In this document: in pieces, positions 28,342-39,590 of the stretch
Layout: the number at the start of each line of letters is the position of its first letter
Position numbering within the stretch: position 1 is the first letter of the stretch
Made by a program: the position numbers and the translations under genes
Source of the DNA: a bacterium
GTDB lineage: Bacteria > J088 > JAWLBW01
Assembly (NCBI GenBank): GCA_041690355.1
Contig: JAWLHK010000008.1
Coordinates: 133,374 to 197,373 of the forward strand
Length of the DNA stretch: 64,000 bases
Direction: 5' to 3'
The notes under the pieces: model-generated
Seen by the model: only the letters and a program-made list of their open reading frames with translations
Database searches by the model: none
Told to the model about the DNA's origin: nothing

Positions 28342-30603
28342 ATGACATTCATTAAGAATTCCGTCGAATCAGGGCTCGACCTGACTGTCCATGGGTCCGT
28401 TGGTAGCTTCAAGATCCGGAAGAGCAACGGCGGAGGCAATGAAAGCGTTAAGGTCAAATACATACTCTCGCATGTCGCTTTTCGACTGGATGGGAGCCAC
28501 GAAGACAAACTCCTAAAGAACTTGGTTCCATTCAGGGAGACCTTTGAGGTCAACGAATTGGAATTTGACCAGATTCTCCAGAGAGACATCGATGACAGCC
28601 GAGTCGCCACCTCGTTAATACCGTATCTTCTCGGTGAAGACAGCAGCGGGAAAGTGAAGATCTTCCCGCCGATTGTTGTGGCGCTCTTGCCGATGGAGGA
28701 AGGTAAGTTGGCGGATTGGTATCCGGAGGTCAAGGAAACCGTGGAGCCAGAGCCGCAAAACCCGCGAATTCGATGGCATCTCCAGCAGTCCGGAGAGCCA
28801 GGCAAGGAAGTCTTTGCCTTCCGCCAGATGTCCAACGACGGCAAAATCTCAGCGCATGATTATGCAGAGCTTAAGATAAACTCGGCAACAAGCAACCTCG
28901 TCATCGTGGACGGACAGCACCGTGCAATGGCATTGTTGGCACTCCATAGAAACATTAAGTCTTGGCCTGACAAAGCGTCATCGTATAAGTCATATTATGG
29001 CATCTGGTCTCGGAAGAAATTGGAAGGTTATGATTTTTCCGAGATAAGTCTTCCTGTCATGATATGTACATTTCCGGAGCTGGATGGCACAGGTACCGAC
29101 GTTAAGGTGTTTGAAGCCTGTCGCAACATATTCCTTAGCCTAAATAAGAATGCTAAACCGGTATCACGGTCTAGGAATTACCTACTCGACGACAATGATA
29201 TAATATCGCTTTTCTTGCGCGACGTGCTATCAGAGATAAAACAAAATGATGTTGTGGGCGGGGCGCCACTCAGGCTTTGGAATGTTGAGTTAGATGCTGG
29301 ACAAGACAGGCAGTCACTGTCATCTCCGATGGCCCTAACGGGAACGATGCATCTTCATTTCTTAATTGAAAACTGGATGCTTAATCCGCTGGATTTTAGC
29401 GGTTTGAAGTCCAAAAGGCATCATCTTTCTGCCACATATCGTTTGACCCATGCTTTAAGGCGCTTAGGCGCAACTGACAAGCTTGGTAAGCAAGCCGCTG
29501 AAAGTACGACCCGTAACGCATTTTCACGACCCTCTGCGGATGTCCTGCGAAACCAGTTTAAGCAGATATACGGTAGCCGAATCGTTTTTGGCCTAGAGCG
29601 CTTTCGGCCCTACTGGGCTCACTGTAAGGCTAGCTCAGAGGTAGAGAAAGCTGTTAAGCAGAATGTGCCAGAGATTCACGCTGTCCTTTTTCAGGGACAG
29701 GGTATGGCGAGGGTATTCAACGATTACCTCGATAAGTTATCGACTAAGAGCAAGGAGTCCAAATCGGTACCAAAAGAGCTTGACGATACTCTCCGAGTCT
29801 TCCGTGATCAACGAGCCCAGATGGAGAAGTATATTGCAGAGTTCAAGAAAAAGAGAGTTGCGAGGCTGCTTGCGCTTAACGACAACGAGCTTGAAGATAA
29901 GCTAACCAACCGGGCGATAAGTGCACTTACTGAGCAATTCGACTCGACATTTACAACTTCGGCCTTTCAAGCCAGTCTGTTTCTCTCATTCTTTCATATG
30001 CTCGAGCAATTCGCAGGCAAGCAAGGCGTACCTTCTCCGGCAGACGCGACGATCCCTGTGAGTGAACTCTTCGAGGAATATTTAGATGCTGTGAATCGCA
30101 TCTTTCCAACGCCTTCGGATAACGCCAAACAGAAGGCTGCCAAGGCCCAGAAGCTTCTCGAGCTGTTTGTCGGGCGGGTTCAGAAGGATGGTTCGCGTAT
30201 TGACGTAGTTGCAAGCAGCGGGAACCTAAGGCAGCTCTTGGTCCCAGGCGAACTCAAACCGGACCTCTGGACTAGGTTTCGGTACCTATTTCTTGAACTC
30301 TGGAAGACGGAAAGTGCGGAACTAGGTGAGCTCATTGAGCATGAGCGCAAATTAGTTCGTCAATGGCTTCTTAGGGACCTGATCAATCGTAACATCAGAG
30401 TTCACTGTCAAACGGAAGGAATTGATGAAAGTGAACTTACGACGGAAGTGCAAAGGAAAATCCGTGAAGATTCGTGGGAGCAATTTAAGGATGCGCATAC
30501 TCCCTTGGACGTGAAGATACGGGAGAAAGATTTTAGGGACCACCTTCACGGTGAGGGCATGACTACCGACGGAGATGACGACGAAATAGATGGTGAAGAG
30601 TAA
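28342..30603 (+). CDS. Large DGQHR-domain (DndB/ParB-like superfamily) protein, 753 aa
   Basis: ILQRDID, FPPIVV, IVDGQHR and IFLSLNKNAKPV. Long unassigned C-terminus with acidic tail. Confidence 0.8.
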   Translation: MTFIKNSVESGLDLTVHGSVGSFKIRKSNGGGNESVKVKYILSHVAFRLDGSHEDKLLKNLVPFRETFEVNELEFDQILQRDIDDSRVATSLIPYLLGEDSSGKVKIFPPIVVALLPMEEGKLADWYPEVKETVEPEPQNPRIRWHLQQSGEPGKEVFAFRQMSNDGKISAHDYAELKINSATSNLVIVDGQHRAMALLALHRNIKSWPDKASSYKSYYGIWSRKKLEGYDFSEISLPVMICTFPELDGTGTDVKVFEACRNIFLSLNKNAKPVSRSRNYLLDDNDIISLFLRDVLSEIKQNDVVGGAPLRLWNVELDAGQDRQSLSSPMALTGTMHLHFLIENWMLNPLDFSGLKSKRHHLSATYRLTHALRRLGATDKLGKQAAESTTRNAFSRPSADVLRNQFKQIYGSRIVFGLERFRPYWAHCKASSEVEKAVKQNVPEIHAVLFQGQGMARVFNDYLDKLSTKSKESKSVPKELDDTLRVFRDQRAQMEKYIAEFKKKRVARLLALNDNELEDKLTNRAISALTEQFDSTFTTSAFQASLFLSFFHMLEQFAGKQGVPSPADATIPVSELFEEYLDAVNRIFPTPSDNAKQKAAKAQKLLELFVGRVQKDGSRIDVVASSGNLRQLLVPGELKPDLWTRFRYLFLELWKTESAELGELIEHERKLVRQWLLRDLINRNIRVHCQTEGIDESELTTEVQRKIREDSWEQFKDAHTPLDVKIREKDFRDHLHGEGMTTDGDDDEIDGEE

Positions 30604-30606
30604 AAT

Positions 30607-31401
30607 TCACAGGTGACAAGCTAAACAAGGCATCTCCCCTCCGTCCCCATCCAGCACCGTCTCCAAGACCTCTGCCAACGGCCGATTTGGCGCTTGAGCT
30701 TTCTCAAGCGCCATTTTTCTTTCGTGATCGGCGATGATTTGGTCCTTACGAGCCAGGATGTCGAGCAGCGACTCTCCTTCGGTCCAGAAGTATTGGCGGC
30801 CGTCGCTGTGCTCTTGCTCGTAAGCAAGAGCCTTCTGGAACAGATCCGGATGCTCCTCGGCTAGGCGCACCCACTCAATCTTCCTCTGGAAGAAGCAGAA
30901 AAAGCAGCCGGACCGAGTACGCCAACGATAATAATCGGGCGCCCCAACGCCGCTCTCCTCGAGGATGCGGAAGACGTCATCCTTGCGGATGCCCGCTTCT
31001 TTGAACGGGAAGACAGGCTTGATGTTGGGTTTCGTCGAGATATACCCCGACCGGTTCTCGTCTGCACGGATCGCGATGTAGCTGATCGCCTCGTCTTCGC
31101 CCACAAACTTTTCAAGCGGCTCGATCTTGAGCTGCTTGGTACACCAGCGAGCCTTGGCCGAGGGGAGAAAGCCATTGTGAACCTCAAGCCAATGGTCAAA
31201 ACCGCGCTCCGCGCTCAGGACCTGAACCTTGATTCCCAGACGGGCCTTCAGACGTTCGAGAAATTCATAGGTCTCAGGGAGTTCTTTTCCCGTGTCGCAG
31301 AAGAAGTACTCCATGTTCGGGACTTTGTCCCGCATGAATACGGCGAGCGCTGCGCTGTCCTTGCCCCCTGAAAGGCCCAGGATGTGTCGAACCTTGCTCA
31401 T
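30607..31401 (-). CDS. sspD: PAPS-reductase-family protein (SspD-like)
   Basis: PP-loop SGGKDS, RWCT, RSGCFFCFFQ and C-terminal CLAC. ATGA overlap with the ATPase gene. Confidence 0.85.
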   Translation of the reverse strand: MSKVRHILGLSGGKDSAALAVFMRDKVPNMEYFFCDTGKELPETYEFLERLKARLGIKVQVLSAERGFDHWLEVHNGFLPSAKARWCTKQLKIEPLEKFVGEDEAISYIAIRADENRSGYISTKPNIKPVFPFKEAGIRKDDVFRILEESGVGAPDYYRWRTRSGCFFCFFQRKIEWVRLAEEHPDLFQKALAYEQEHSDGRQYFWTEGESLLDILARKDQIIADHERKMALEKAQAPNRPLAEVLETVLDGDGGEMPCLACHL

Positions 31402-34400
31402 GCTTTCTCTACCTTTTCGTCGTCGACCATGAATGAGGCAAAGATGCGCTCGATTAAGGCGACAACCACCGCCTTCTGAAACTCCATCGAGTCGCGACCC
31501 TTTGTTCTCTTCTGAATGTCTTTGAGCAGACTCTCTGCGACGCTCTTCACGTCATCCGAATCCTCTTGGTTAAGCCAAATCACGTTGCTAAGCTCTTGAC
31601 CACCCGGCTGTAGGAGCGTGAGATGCCGAGGTGTGCTCTTGCTGGTGACCGGCAAGGTCGCCTGCGAAGCGAGAGACTCGAGACCAATGAACTGGCGTGC
31701 CAACTTTCGGGCACGTTGCTCAAAGGTTTTCCTGTCATCGTCCGTCCAGGCAGGGGCCGGTTTGTCGCCGATGATCATGAGGACTGCATCGAGCCACTCG
31801 TTCTCATCCGCAACGTCGTTGGCAAGTGCGATGAGAAGTTTCTGAAGCTCTCGGTCCGTACACTGATCCACCAGGGCCGCTGCCCTGGGCTTCAACGCCT
31901 GACGTAGGGACGCTGGCGAAATCCGGAAGCATTTACTGAGCTCTTCCAAACAAGCCGTCCGAAGATTGGGATACAGTCCGCTAAGCTCGCGCAGACATGT
32001 CACCAGCTTGTCACGGTAGCTCTCGATCTGCTGGGGCTTAGGCTTTTTACCCGCAGGGAAGGGCTCTTCGCCGCACGCTTGTGGGAGTGAGAAGAACAGT
32101 AGATGTTCCGGATCATTGCTCTCCAGAATCAATGCCCGAACCTCCTTGGCGACCTTGGAAAGTTGTCGCGTCTGCTTGGAGAAATCCGGTAGGCGAGCTC
32201 CGAAGAGTACCAAGGGGCGCACCAGGCTCATCACGGTGAGAGGCTTGTCCTTGGGTCGCTGGTCCTCGGCGATCAAAATGTCGGCAAGGGCCTGGAACAA
32301 AGCGCTTCTTTCTTTGTCTACACCCAGGAACTTGAACGAAAACTTCGCGGGGTGCTTTACCAGAAGCTCGAAGTGTTCGGCGCCCAAAACGGGGAGTAAG
32401 GTCCCATCTTTAAAGACGGAGACTTCTTCGCCATTTACCAGCAGGTAGACTGCCAGGAGAACGGGGAGCGGCCCTTCTTTTACTCCGTAGGGGGGTCTGG
32501 CCAGCTGGTCATAGAGTTCAGCCACTGTGCGCATGCCACCGGAGGAAGAGCGGCAGAAAGTATCAATCGCACTCCAAACATGGCGTACGCCTTTGGCCGT
32601 CGGAGCCTGTACACGGTGGCCATAATCGGCTTTCACGTGGATGCCGGTCTCGCGGACGGCGGAAGCGTACATGCTGTATTCGGGGCCATACCCCTCAATA
32701 CCGAGCCGCTCCTTCGATCCATCGTCGAGCAAGTGCTCAATCAGAAGTCGGCGTGCTTTCGCCCCTTGGGAAGTAAGTTCCCGGCGATTGAGAAGTTCGT
32801 TCCGAAGCTCGAGACCCTTCGCGTAGGTTTGATCGCACAGTTCTGACACCAGCTTATTCAGCGCACGGCTAGAGTCGATTGTGAGTTGCTGAGCATTAAC
32901 GTAGACAGCACAATCCTCGAGCCGCCGCCCAAACACCTGGGAAACGATGTCGTTCAAAACTGTTCGTGCGTGCAAGAGCCGTTCTCGAACCTCGCGACGG
33001 GCTACGCCATCGGTTTGCAGTTGCGGCGACTCTTTTTGGACGCGACGAAGAGCAGCGTACTCCTGGTAGGCACCATGTAGACGTTCGATATGCTTCGGCA
33101 CAAGCAGGATAAGCGGCTTGTCATCGGCGATAGACTTTGGGAGGACCTTCGGAACGTTGGCTCCAACCCAATGAACGATGAGGCCATCGCTATCTTTGTG
33201 TTCGGTTGATAGGTTGGCGAGCACTTTGGGGTCGTCTACGTATCGACGTTCGAAAAACCGGAGTGTCCCCGTTTCATAGCTATGGCGCTGGGCAACCAGG
33301 GGCCGCAGAGGAACCAGCTCCTGGAGACCTGCCCCAATATCTTCTCGCTCGGCCTCTAGGTTTTGATAGACGGCCGTTTCAATATCAAAATCGCTTCCCT
33401 CCCAAAGGCGAAGTTCGTCCGCCTGTTTTCGGTAGGTGACGACTTTCGCAGAAAGAAGGTCCTCAACCGTACGCGCCGCGGCCTTGAAAGCAGCCTTGTC
33501 GTCAGGGACGTCGAGAAGGGCAAGAACTACGAGGTTCTTCTTCGCGCGAAACGTACCAGTGGAAGCGAGAAGATTCAGAAGGGCGATTGCCTTGACTGCC
33601 CGAAACTGGTCGGCAGGCAAGTTGGATAGTTCCTCGACTTTCCCCTGAATCTCAACCCAGCGCTGTAAGAGAGGCCTTGAGGCCATCCCCACACCCACCG
33701 AGTTGGAAAAGTAGTCGTAGAGGCGATCGAGAGGGTATGGAGGTACCTTGCCGTCATACTCCGAGTCATCTAGGAACCGGCGGAACGAGAAGGGCTCCGG
33801 ACTGGTAAGAAACGTGAAAACCGAGCGATCGTTCTGCGCGAAGCGGCTGCTTAGAACTGGCAAAGCCACCGCTGTAATCGGGTGCAATGGCGCCGTAGAA
33901 GCGATAAGTTCCTTGGTAAGCCCTGAATTTGGGACGTCGCGTTCTAACGCGCTACTCCAACTGATTGCCCACGCATCAATGGTTGCACTGACAGACTGAT
34001 CACCCGAGCACTCAATCGCAGCCCCAATAAGCCGCAATGTCTGCTCTGTCGCCTCGGTGAAGGGGATATCTTCAAATCGCCCCTGCACCTTGCCCCATTC
34101 TGCTCGATGGGCTGCCGCCAAGCTGTGACCATACTCGGCAAAGGCCTGATGAAGAATGCCGATGACCGCAATCGTCGGCGACTTGCCGTCTGTCGGAAGT
34201 TCCGCAAGTTGCTGTAGAAGATAAAGGTCTTCAGACCCGGGATGGGAGACGATGAATTCGAGCGTCTTCCCCATCTCATCGAGGACAAGAATCACTCCCG
34301 TACCAGCCGCTTTGGCGACCTCTTGGACGAGTCTCACGACCTCGCCTTGTGGGATCTCATCCTTGTTCAGGGCAGTCTGCAAGCGTTCGAGTACATGCGG

Positions 34401-34845
34401 CTTTCGACCAATCGTCCAGAACTGCTCGGCACCACGCTCGAGCGCTCTCAGAATGGTGCGGCTCAACGGCTCGCGCTGAGAGGTCACGACCGCGCGAACA
34501 AAGCCTCGCGAGGGCACCCTCTTCGCCAGCGTCACCAGGGGGTGCTTCGCTCCCAGGTGCGACTTGGCGATAGATAACGCCTCGTGTCGGACGGCAGCAT
34601 CCTCGTCGGCCACCAAGGAGATCAGAAAGTGCGCCGCCGAAGATTTTCCGGTCCCGTAAACGCCTGTGAATGTAAATGCGCGGTTGAGGTCTGGCGTCTG
34701 GAGTGCGGTGAGCACGCGCTCAAGGGCTTCTACAGACCGCGACGTAGGGACATAGCCCCGTACCGCCTCGACCGCATTAAGATCTCGCTCTAAGTTAACC
34801 GAGCGAGTATACCTCCGTCGGAGGTCGAATATGCTGCTGAGTGGT

Positions 34846-34856
<11 letters not shown>
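31398..34856 (-). CDS. sspC: Large P-loop ATPase (SspC-like)
   Basis: RSVNLERD, Walker A GVYGTGKS, Walker B VLDEMGK, EWGKVQGRF, QNDRSVFTFL and PPYGVKEG. Confidence 0.85.
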
Positions 34857-35799
<943 letters not shown>

Positions 35800-35801
35800 G
35801 A

Positions 35802-36047
35802 CTATCGCATCACTCCCGAAAGGTGAAGCTGGCGCCGGTCGCTATCTGCAGGCGTCAGCTGGCAGGCGTACTGTTTGATCAGCCGATATTCCGATTCCGT
35901 AAAAAGGACTCGGTTGTCGCGAAAACGATGCCCTTGCGGCACCTTACCCTCGCTTCGCCACCGCCAGAATGTCTGCCGGTGAATGCCAAGGGAATCAAGT
36001 ACATCCGCGACTTCGTAGTAAGTTGTTCCGTCGATGGAGAGGGGCAT
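35802..36047 (-). CDS. Small MerR/AlpA/excisionase-like HTH protein
   Basis: VADVLDSLGIHRQTFWRWRSEGKVP...RVLFTE. Stop lies 2 bp before the sspB start. Confidence 0.8.
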   Translation of the reverse strand: MPLSIDGTTYYEVADVLDSLGIHRQTFWRWRSEGKVPQGHRFRDNRVLFTESEYRLIKQYACQLTPADSDRRQLHLSGVMR

Positions 36048-36080
36048 GGCGGGGGTCCAGCCAAATGACGTCGGGTGACG

Positions 36081-36108
36081 CCATGTTACATGGTGCTACA
36101 GACTACCA
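36081..36108 (-). promoter_or_regulatory. Candidate promoter/operator of the HTH-sspBCD operon
   Basis: Palindrome CCATGT-T-ACATGG (36081-36093) just downstream of minus-strand TGgTAGTCT. Confidence 0.45.
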
Positions 36109-36146
36109 TGCGAGGGGTAGAGCACTCAATGGTGAAGTGCCGTCTT

Positions 36147-37589
36147 TCACGAGCGCCGGAGCTGGTGCCCTCGTAGGGAGTAGCCCCTTGCTTCTAAACG
36201 TTGTTGCCACGCATCTCGGGTCCCGATTCCAAGCACGTCATCCAAAAGGCCGGCCTTTTCTTCTTGCTTGGTCAATCGGGCGAATTTTTCCCTATTCGGA
36301 TAGGAGAGCCCAACGAATTCTTCCTTGCGGTGGAGTATGGGCGGGTTTTCTGAGTCTGCGTAGTTCCGGTACGTCACCCGAAAGGTTTGTAGGTCAACCG
36401 AGAGAGAGCCGGCCAGGGAAGGGTGCGGGTCGGTATCGAATTCCGGGTAGTAAAGGTAGGAGACCTTCGGCTTCTTGCGGGAAAGCTTGATCAGATTCGC
36501 GCCCTCTACGACACCCAGATACGCTCGAGCGCAACCTTCGTAGACTTTTAGCAAGGCAGGAAGGTCGGTAAGTGATGACTCGTGGACGTACAGGGCTTCT
36601 TGGGTACACTTGCCAACGGGGGACTCAGCGCATACACGACTGACCTCATCTAGACGGCCGAGGCTAAAAAGGAGGTCATCCGACAGAGAACAAGCTTTCT
36701 TGTACGTTGAGAAAAACGCTTTTACGTCGCCCTGCATTGCCGGCGAGAGTTCGTGATATGCAGGTCGCCCGTCGAAGCGACTCAGCGCAAGAAAGACTGA
36801 AAGCTCTTGCGAACGCTCCTCACGAACCCGGTCCCAGTCTACGTCTGAAACGCGGCGGATCGTGCCAATGGCCCGTGAATAGCTTCCGAAGGCCTGAAGC
36901 ACTTCTGCTTCTTTGGCAAATTCGCCTTCAATCGGTGGCCGCCCTCGTTCGGCAATGAACTCAACTAGAGCATCGAGTAACCCGCGATGCGCATCGTAAA
37001 GCTCGCTGGACCTCGACGTACGTGCGATGGGCAGGCGGCGCCGATACCGGGCTGCAGCGAACTGGTGGCGTTTCGCTTCGTCACGAAAGATGTAGAAGAC
37101 TCCTGGCGCCGCAGCGAGCGCAGAAAGCCCTAGGTGCTCCTCAATCCAGCCCTTTAGTTCTTGCTGTTCAAAAAACTTCTGAAAGGTGCCCCTTTTGGTT
37201 AGGCAGCCATCGGCAAAAAAGGCGTGGACGTCTTCCCGCGCTTCTAGCGTGAGTCGAGCGGAAACGATGAGGGTGTCCCTGGCTAAGGCCCAAGCACTCC
37301 GGAGAGCCGCCACTCTCTCCTGCGGCGATTCGATTACGTTCACGACGTAACCGAGGTTCACGACGTCGGCCTCTGTCCGTTCCCCGGCAGGGCGATGAAC
37401 GGGATCCCAACCCGAAACGGTGATATCTCGTTGGGCGAGGAGCGCGACGTCTTCGCCATGACCACACCCATAATCGAAGACCGACGTTCCTTGCGTAATG
37501 ATCCCATCGGCTAGCGCGAGTCGAACGGGACGCGAGAAGTCGTGTCGTCGAATAGCTGTCTTGTGACGCGCGATGTGTGATACAGACAT
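36147..37589 (-). CDS. DNA phosphorothioation-associated putative methyltransferase
   Basis: RHKTAIRRHDFSRPVRLAL, VFDYGCGHGED, VVNLGYVVNVIE, TFQKFFEQQEL and NPPILHRKE, as I recall for this family. GGGAG RBS. Confidence 0.82.
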   Translation of the reverse strand: MSVSHIARHKTAIRRHDFSRPVRLALADGIITQGTSVFDYGCGHGEDVALLAQRDITVSGWDPVHRPAGERTEADVVNLGYVVNVIESPQERVAALRSAWALARDTLIVSARLTLEAREDVHAFFADGCLTKRGTFQKFFEQQELKGWIEEHLGLSALAAAPGVFYIFRDEAKRHQFAAARYRRRLPIARTSRSSELYDAHRGLLDALVEFIAERGRPPIEGEFAKEAEVLQAFGSYSRAIGTIRRVSDVDWDRVREERSQELSVFLALSRFDGRPAYHELSPAMQGDVKAFFSTYKKACSLSDDLLFSLGRLDEVSRVCAESPVGKCTQEALYVHESSLTDLPALLKVYEGCARAYLGVVEGANLIKLSRKKPKVSYLYYPEFDTDPHPSLAGSLSVDLQTFRVTYRNYADSENPPILHRKEEFVGLSYPNREKFARLTKQEEKAGLLDDVLGIGTRDAWQQRLEARGYSLRGHQLRRS

Positions 37590-37893
37590 GGGCTCCCTGG
37601 ATCGCTTCACATACTAGCACACTACACACACTAGCCTAATTACCTCACCGCCCGTCCAGATATGCTCCCATTGACGCACCGAGTCTGCGTCATTTTGACC
37701 CCCTGTTTCCCAATCCTTTCAACAACCTGCCGCTGTGCAATTGATTGCACAAACGTGTGGGGGGAATGCCCATCGGACCGACGCAGAGGCCACGGTGGAT
37801 AGGACCCTCGTCATTCCGTTCCGCCGGCTGGGGCACCGCCAAGCTTTACAATCCACCCCATCCCGGCTATGGTATTGCTGTGCGGAGGGAACC

Positions 37894-38724
37894 ATGAAGC
37901 GAGCGCTGATTCTGCTGGCGGGACTCTGGATGACGGGCACCGGGTGCACGCAGCCCGGCGAACACTTTCGAGAAGGACTGTTCAACACGACCTTCTTCGG
38001 CGTCACCACCGTCGAGCAGGATTCAGGATTCTTCTCGGCGCTCTATCATCTCCCCGACGACCAGGCGTGCCACCTGACCCCCTGGTCGATCGTCAAAGGG
38101 ACCCTCACGGCCGAGGGGGATGCCGACCACCTGACCTACACGAAGAAGGGTGAGGAGGTGGTCATCCGGTATGAACATCAGGGAACGCATATCTCCTTCT
38201 CAGCAAACACGGACGGCAAGCAGCCCGATGGCAAGCCGTGGCCGCCCTCTGCGCTCGTGCCGACCCTGAACGTGAAGGCCGACAGCATTCTGATGACCCG
38301 CTTCGCCCTGACCATCACCGACCAGACCTGCAACTCGACCTGGGCGGCGGTCCAGTATGCGACCAGCGAGCCGCTCCCCTGCTGGCAGACGTTCGACGGT
38401 CAGCGCCGCTGCAGCGCAGGCTTCCTGGTGGTGAGTGGCCCCGTGGAGGCGGATCGCTATCAGGCCCGCCATTCTGCACCCTACGGGGACGCCGACCCCT
38501 TTGAAGTCGACCTCGACCTCACCGGCCGCTTCGCCGTCGGCGAGACCCTGACCGGCCAGATTTCGTTCGCGGCCACCTTCACGGCCCCCACGCCGGGGAC
38601 CTGCGCCACCACGGTTCCCGTCGAGGTGCAGGTGCTCGGCCGTCATTTCACGCGCGACATCTGTGAACGCGTCCCCGAGGGGGCGACCGGCTACTCGGCG
38701 TGGGCCGCCTGGAGCACGCGGTAA
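37894..38724 (+). CDS. Hypothetical lipoprotein
   Basis: GGAGG RBS, MKRALILLAGLWMTGTGC signal peptide and a beta-rich body with several Cys. Confidence 0.7.
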   Translation: MKRALILLAGLWMTGTGCTQPGEHFREGLFNTTFFGVTTVEQDSGFFSALYHLPDDQACHLTPWSIVKGTLTAEGDADHLTYTKKGEEVVIRYEHQGTHISFSANTDGKQPDGKPWPPSALVPTLNVKADSILMTRFALTITDQTCNSTWAAVQYATSEPLPCWQTFDGQRRCSAGFLVVSGPVEADRYQARHSAPYGDADPFEVDLDLTGRFAVGETLTGQISFAATFTAPTPGTCATTVPVEVQVLGRHFTRDICERVPEGATGYSAWAAWSTR

Positions 38725-38834
38725 GTTCGCGCGGGTAACGCCCCCCCGACCGCTCACCCCCTCACGCATCGCACTCGTGCCCTTCTTCCCCGTTGGTCCA
38801 CGATGGACGGGAACGCAGAGTGCGGAGGCATGCG

Positions 38835-39590
38835 ATGACGAAATTCACTGGGGGAAAGCGAACCTTGATCACGGCGCTGCTCACGCTGGCCGTGGGCGCC
38901 TGCGCAGGCAGTGAGGCCTCGCGGCAGACGTCGCCGCAGGAGCCGTATCAGGACGACGCCATCGCCCCGCAGGAGAGCGTGCTGCCGCCCGAGCCCTTCC
39001 CCGAGACCGAGGCGCCGCCCGAGGAGCCGGCTGAGGAAGAGGGGCCGGCCTTCATCATCATCCCCCTCGGACCCGAGCCTGGCGAAGAACGTGAGCCCGG
39101 CATGCCCGAAGAAGAGGTGATACCCGGTGTTCCCGCCGAAGAGGAACCCCAGGAGGGAGAACAGGTCGAGCGCTTTCTGATCATCCCCGCGCCGCAGGAA
39201 GAAGACGCCGAGATGTTTCCGCGCGAAGAAGGCGAAGACGCGGCGCCGGACGAGATCATGAAGCCGCAGGATCCGCGGGAGCAGGAATTCGGCGGCCGGG
39301 CCGACGAGGCCGAGAGAGAGGACGCAGACGAGGGATCGCCGCTCACCGACGAGCCCCGCACCCCCTCACCCCTGCAGGATGAAACGCAGGAGCGGGACGA
39401 CGAGCTGCAGCTCGACGTCGTTCCCGAGGGAGACCCCGCCACGGCCGAAACGGAGCCGCAGATCGAGCTGATCATCATCCCCATGCCCGAAGGGGCGCTC
39501 GACGATGCGCCGCTCTCGGAGGAGCCGGAGTTCCAGGACGAGGAGTCGCCCGAGGCACCGGGGGAACCGGCGGAGGAGATGACCCTGTAG
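38835..39590 (+). CDS. Highly acidic Pro/Glu-rich lipoprotein
   Basis: GGAGG RBS, lipobox VGAC and a low-complexity E/P/D body. Confidence 0.75.
   Translation: MTKFTGGKRTLITALLTLAVGACAGSEASRQTSPQEPYQDDAIAPQESVLPPEPFPETEAPPEEPAEEEGPAFIIIPLGPEPGEEREPGMPEEEVIPGVPAEEEPQEGEQVERFLIIPAPQEEDAEMFPREEGEDAAPDEIMKPQDPREQEFGGRADEAEREDADEGSPLTDEPRTPSPLQDETQERDDELQLDVVPEGDPATAETEPQIELIIIPMPEGALDDAPLSEEPEFQDEESPEAPGEPAEEMTL

Noticed and set aside
28342-30603. Calling the DGQHR protein SspE
   Set aside because: Its size is similar, but the motif is DGQHR with DndB-like flanks and there is no C-terminal EHxxP nickase motif.
26455-31401. Classical DndABCDE cluster
   Set aside because: No SMC-like DndD or DndE. 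The PAPS-family protein is short (264 aa) and coupled to SspC/SspB-like genes.
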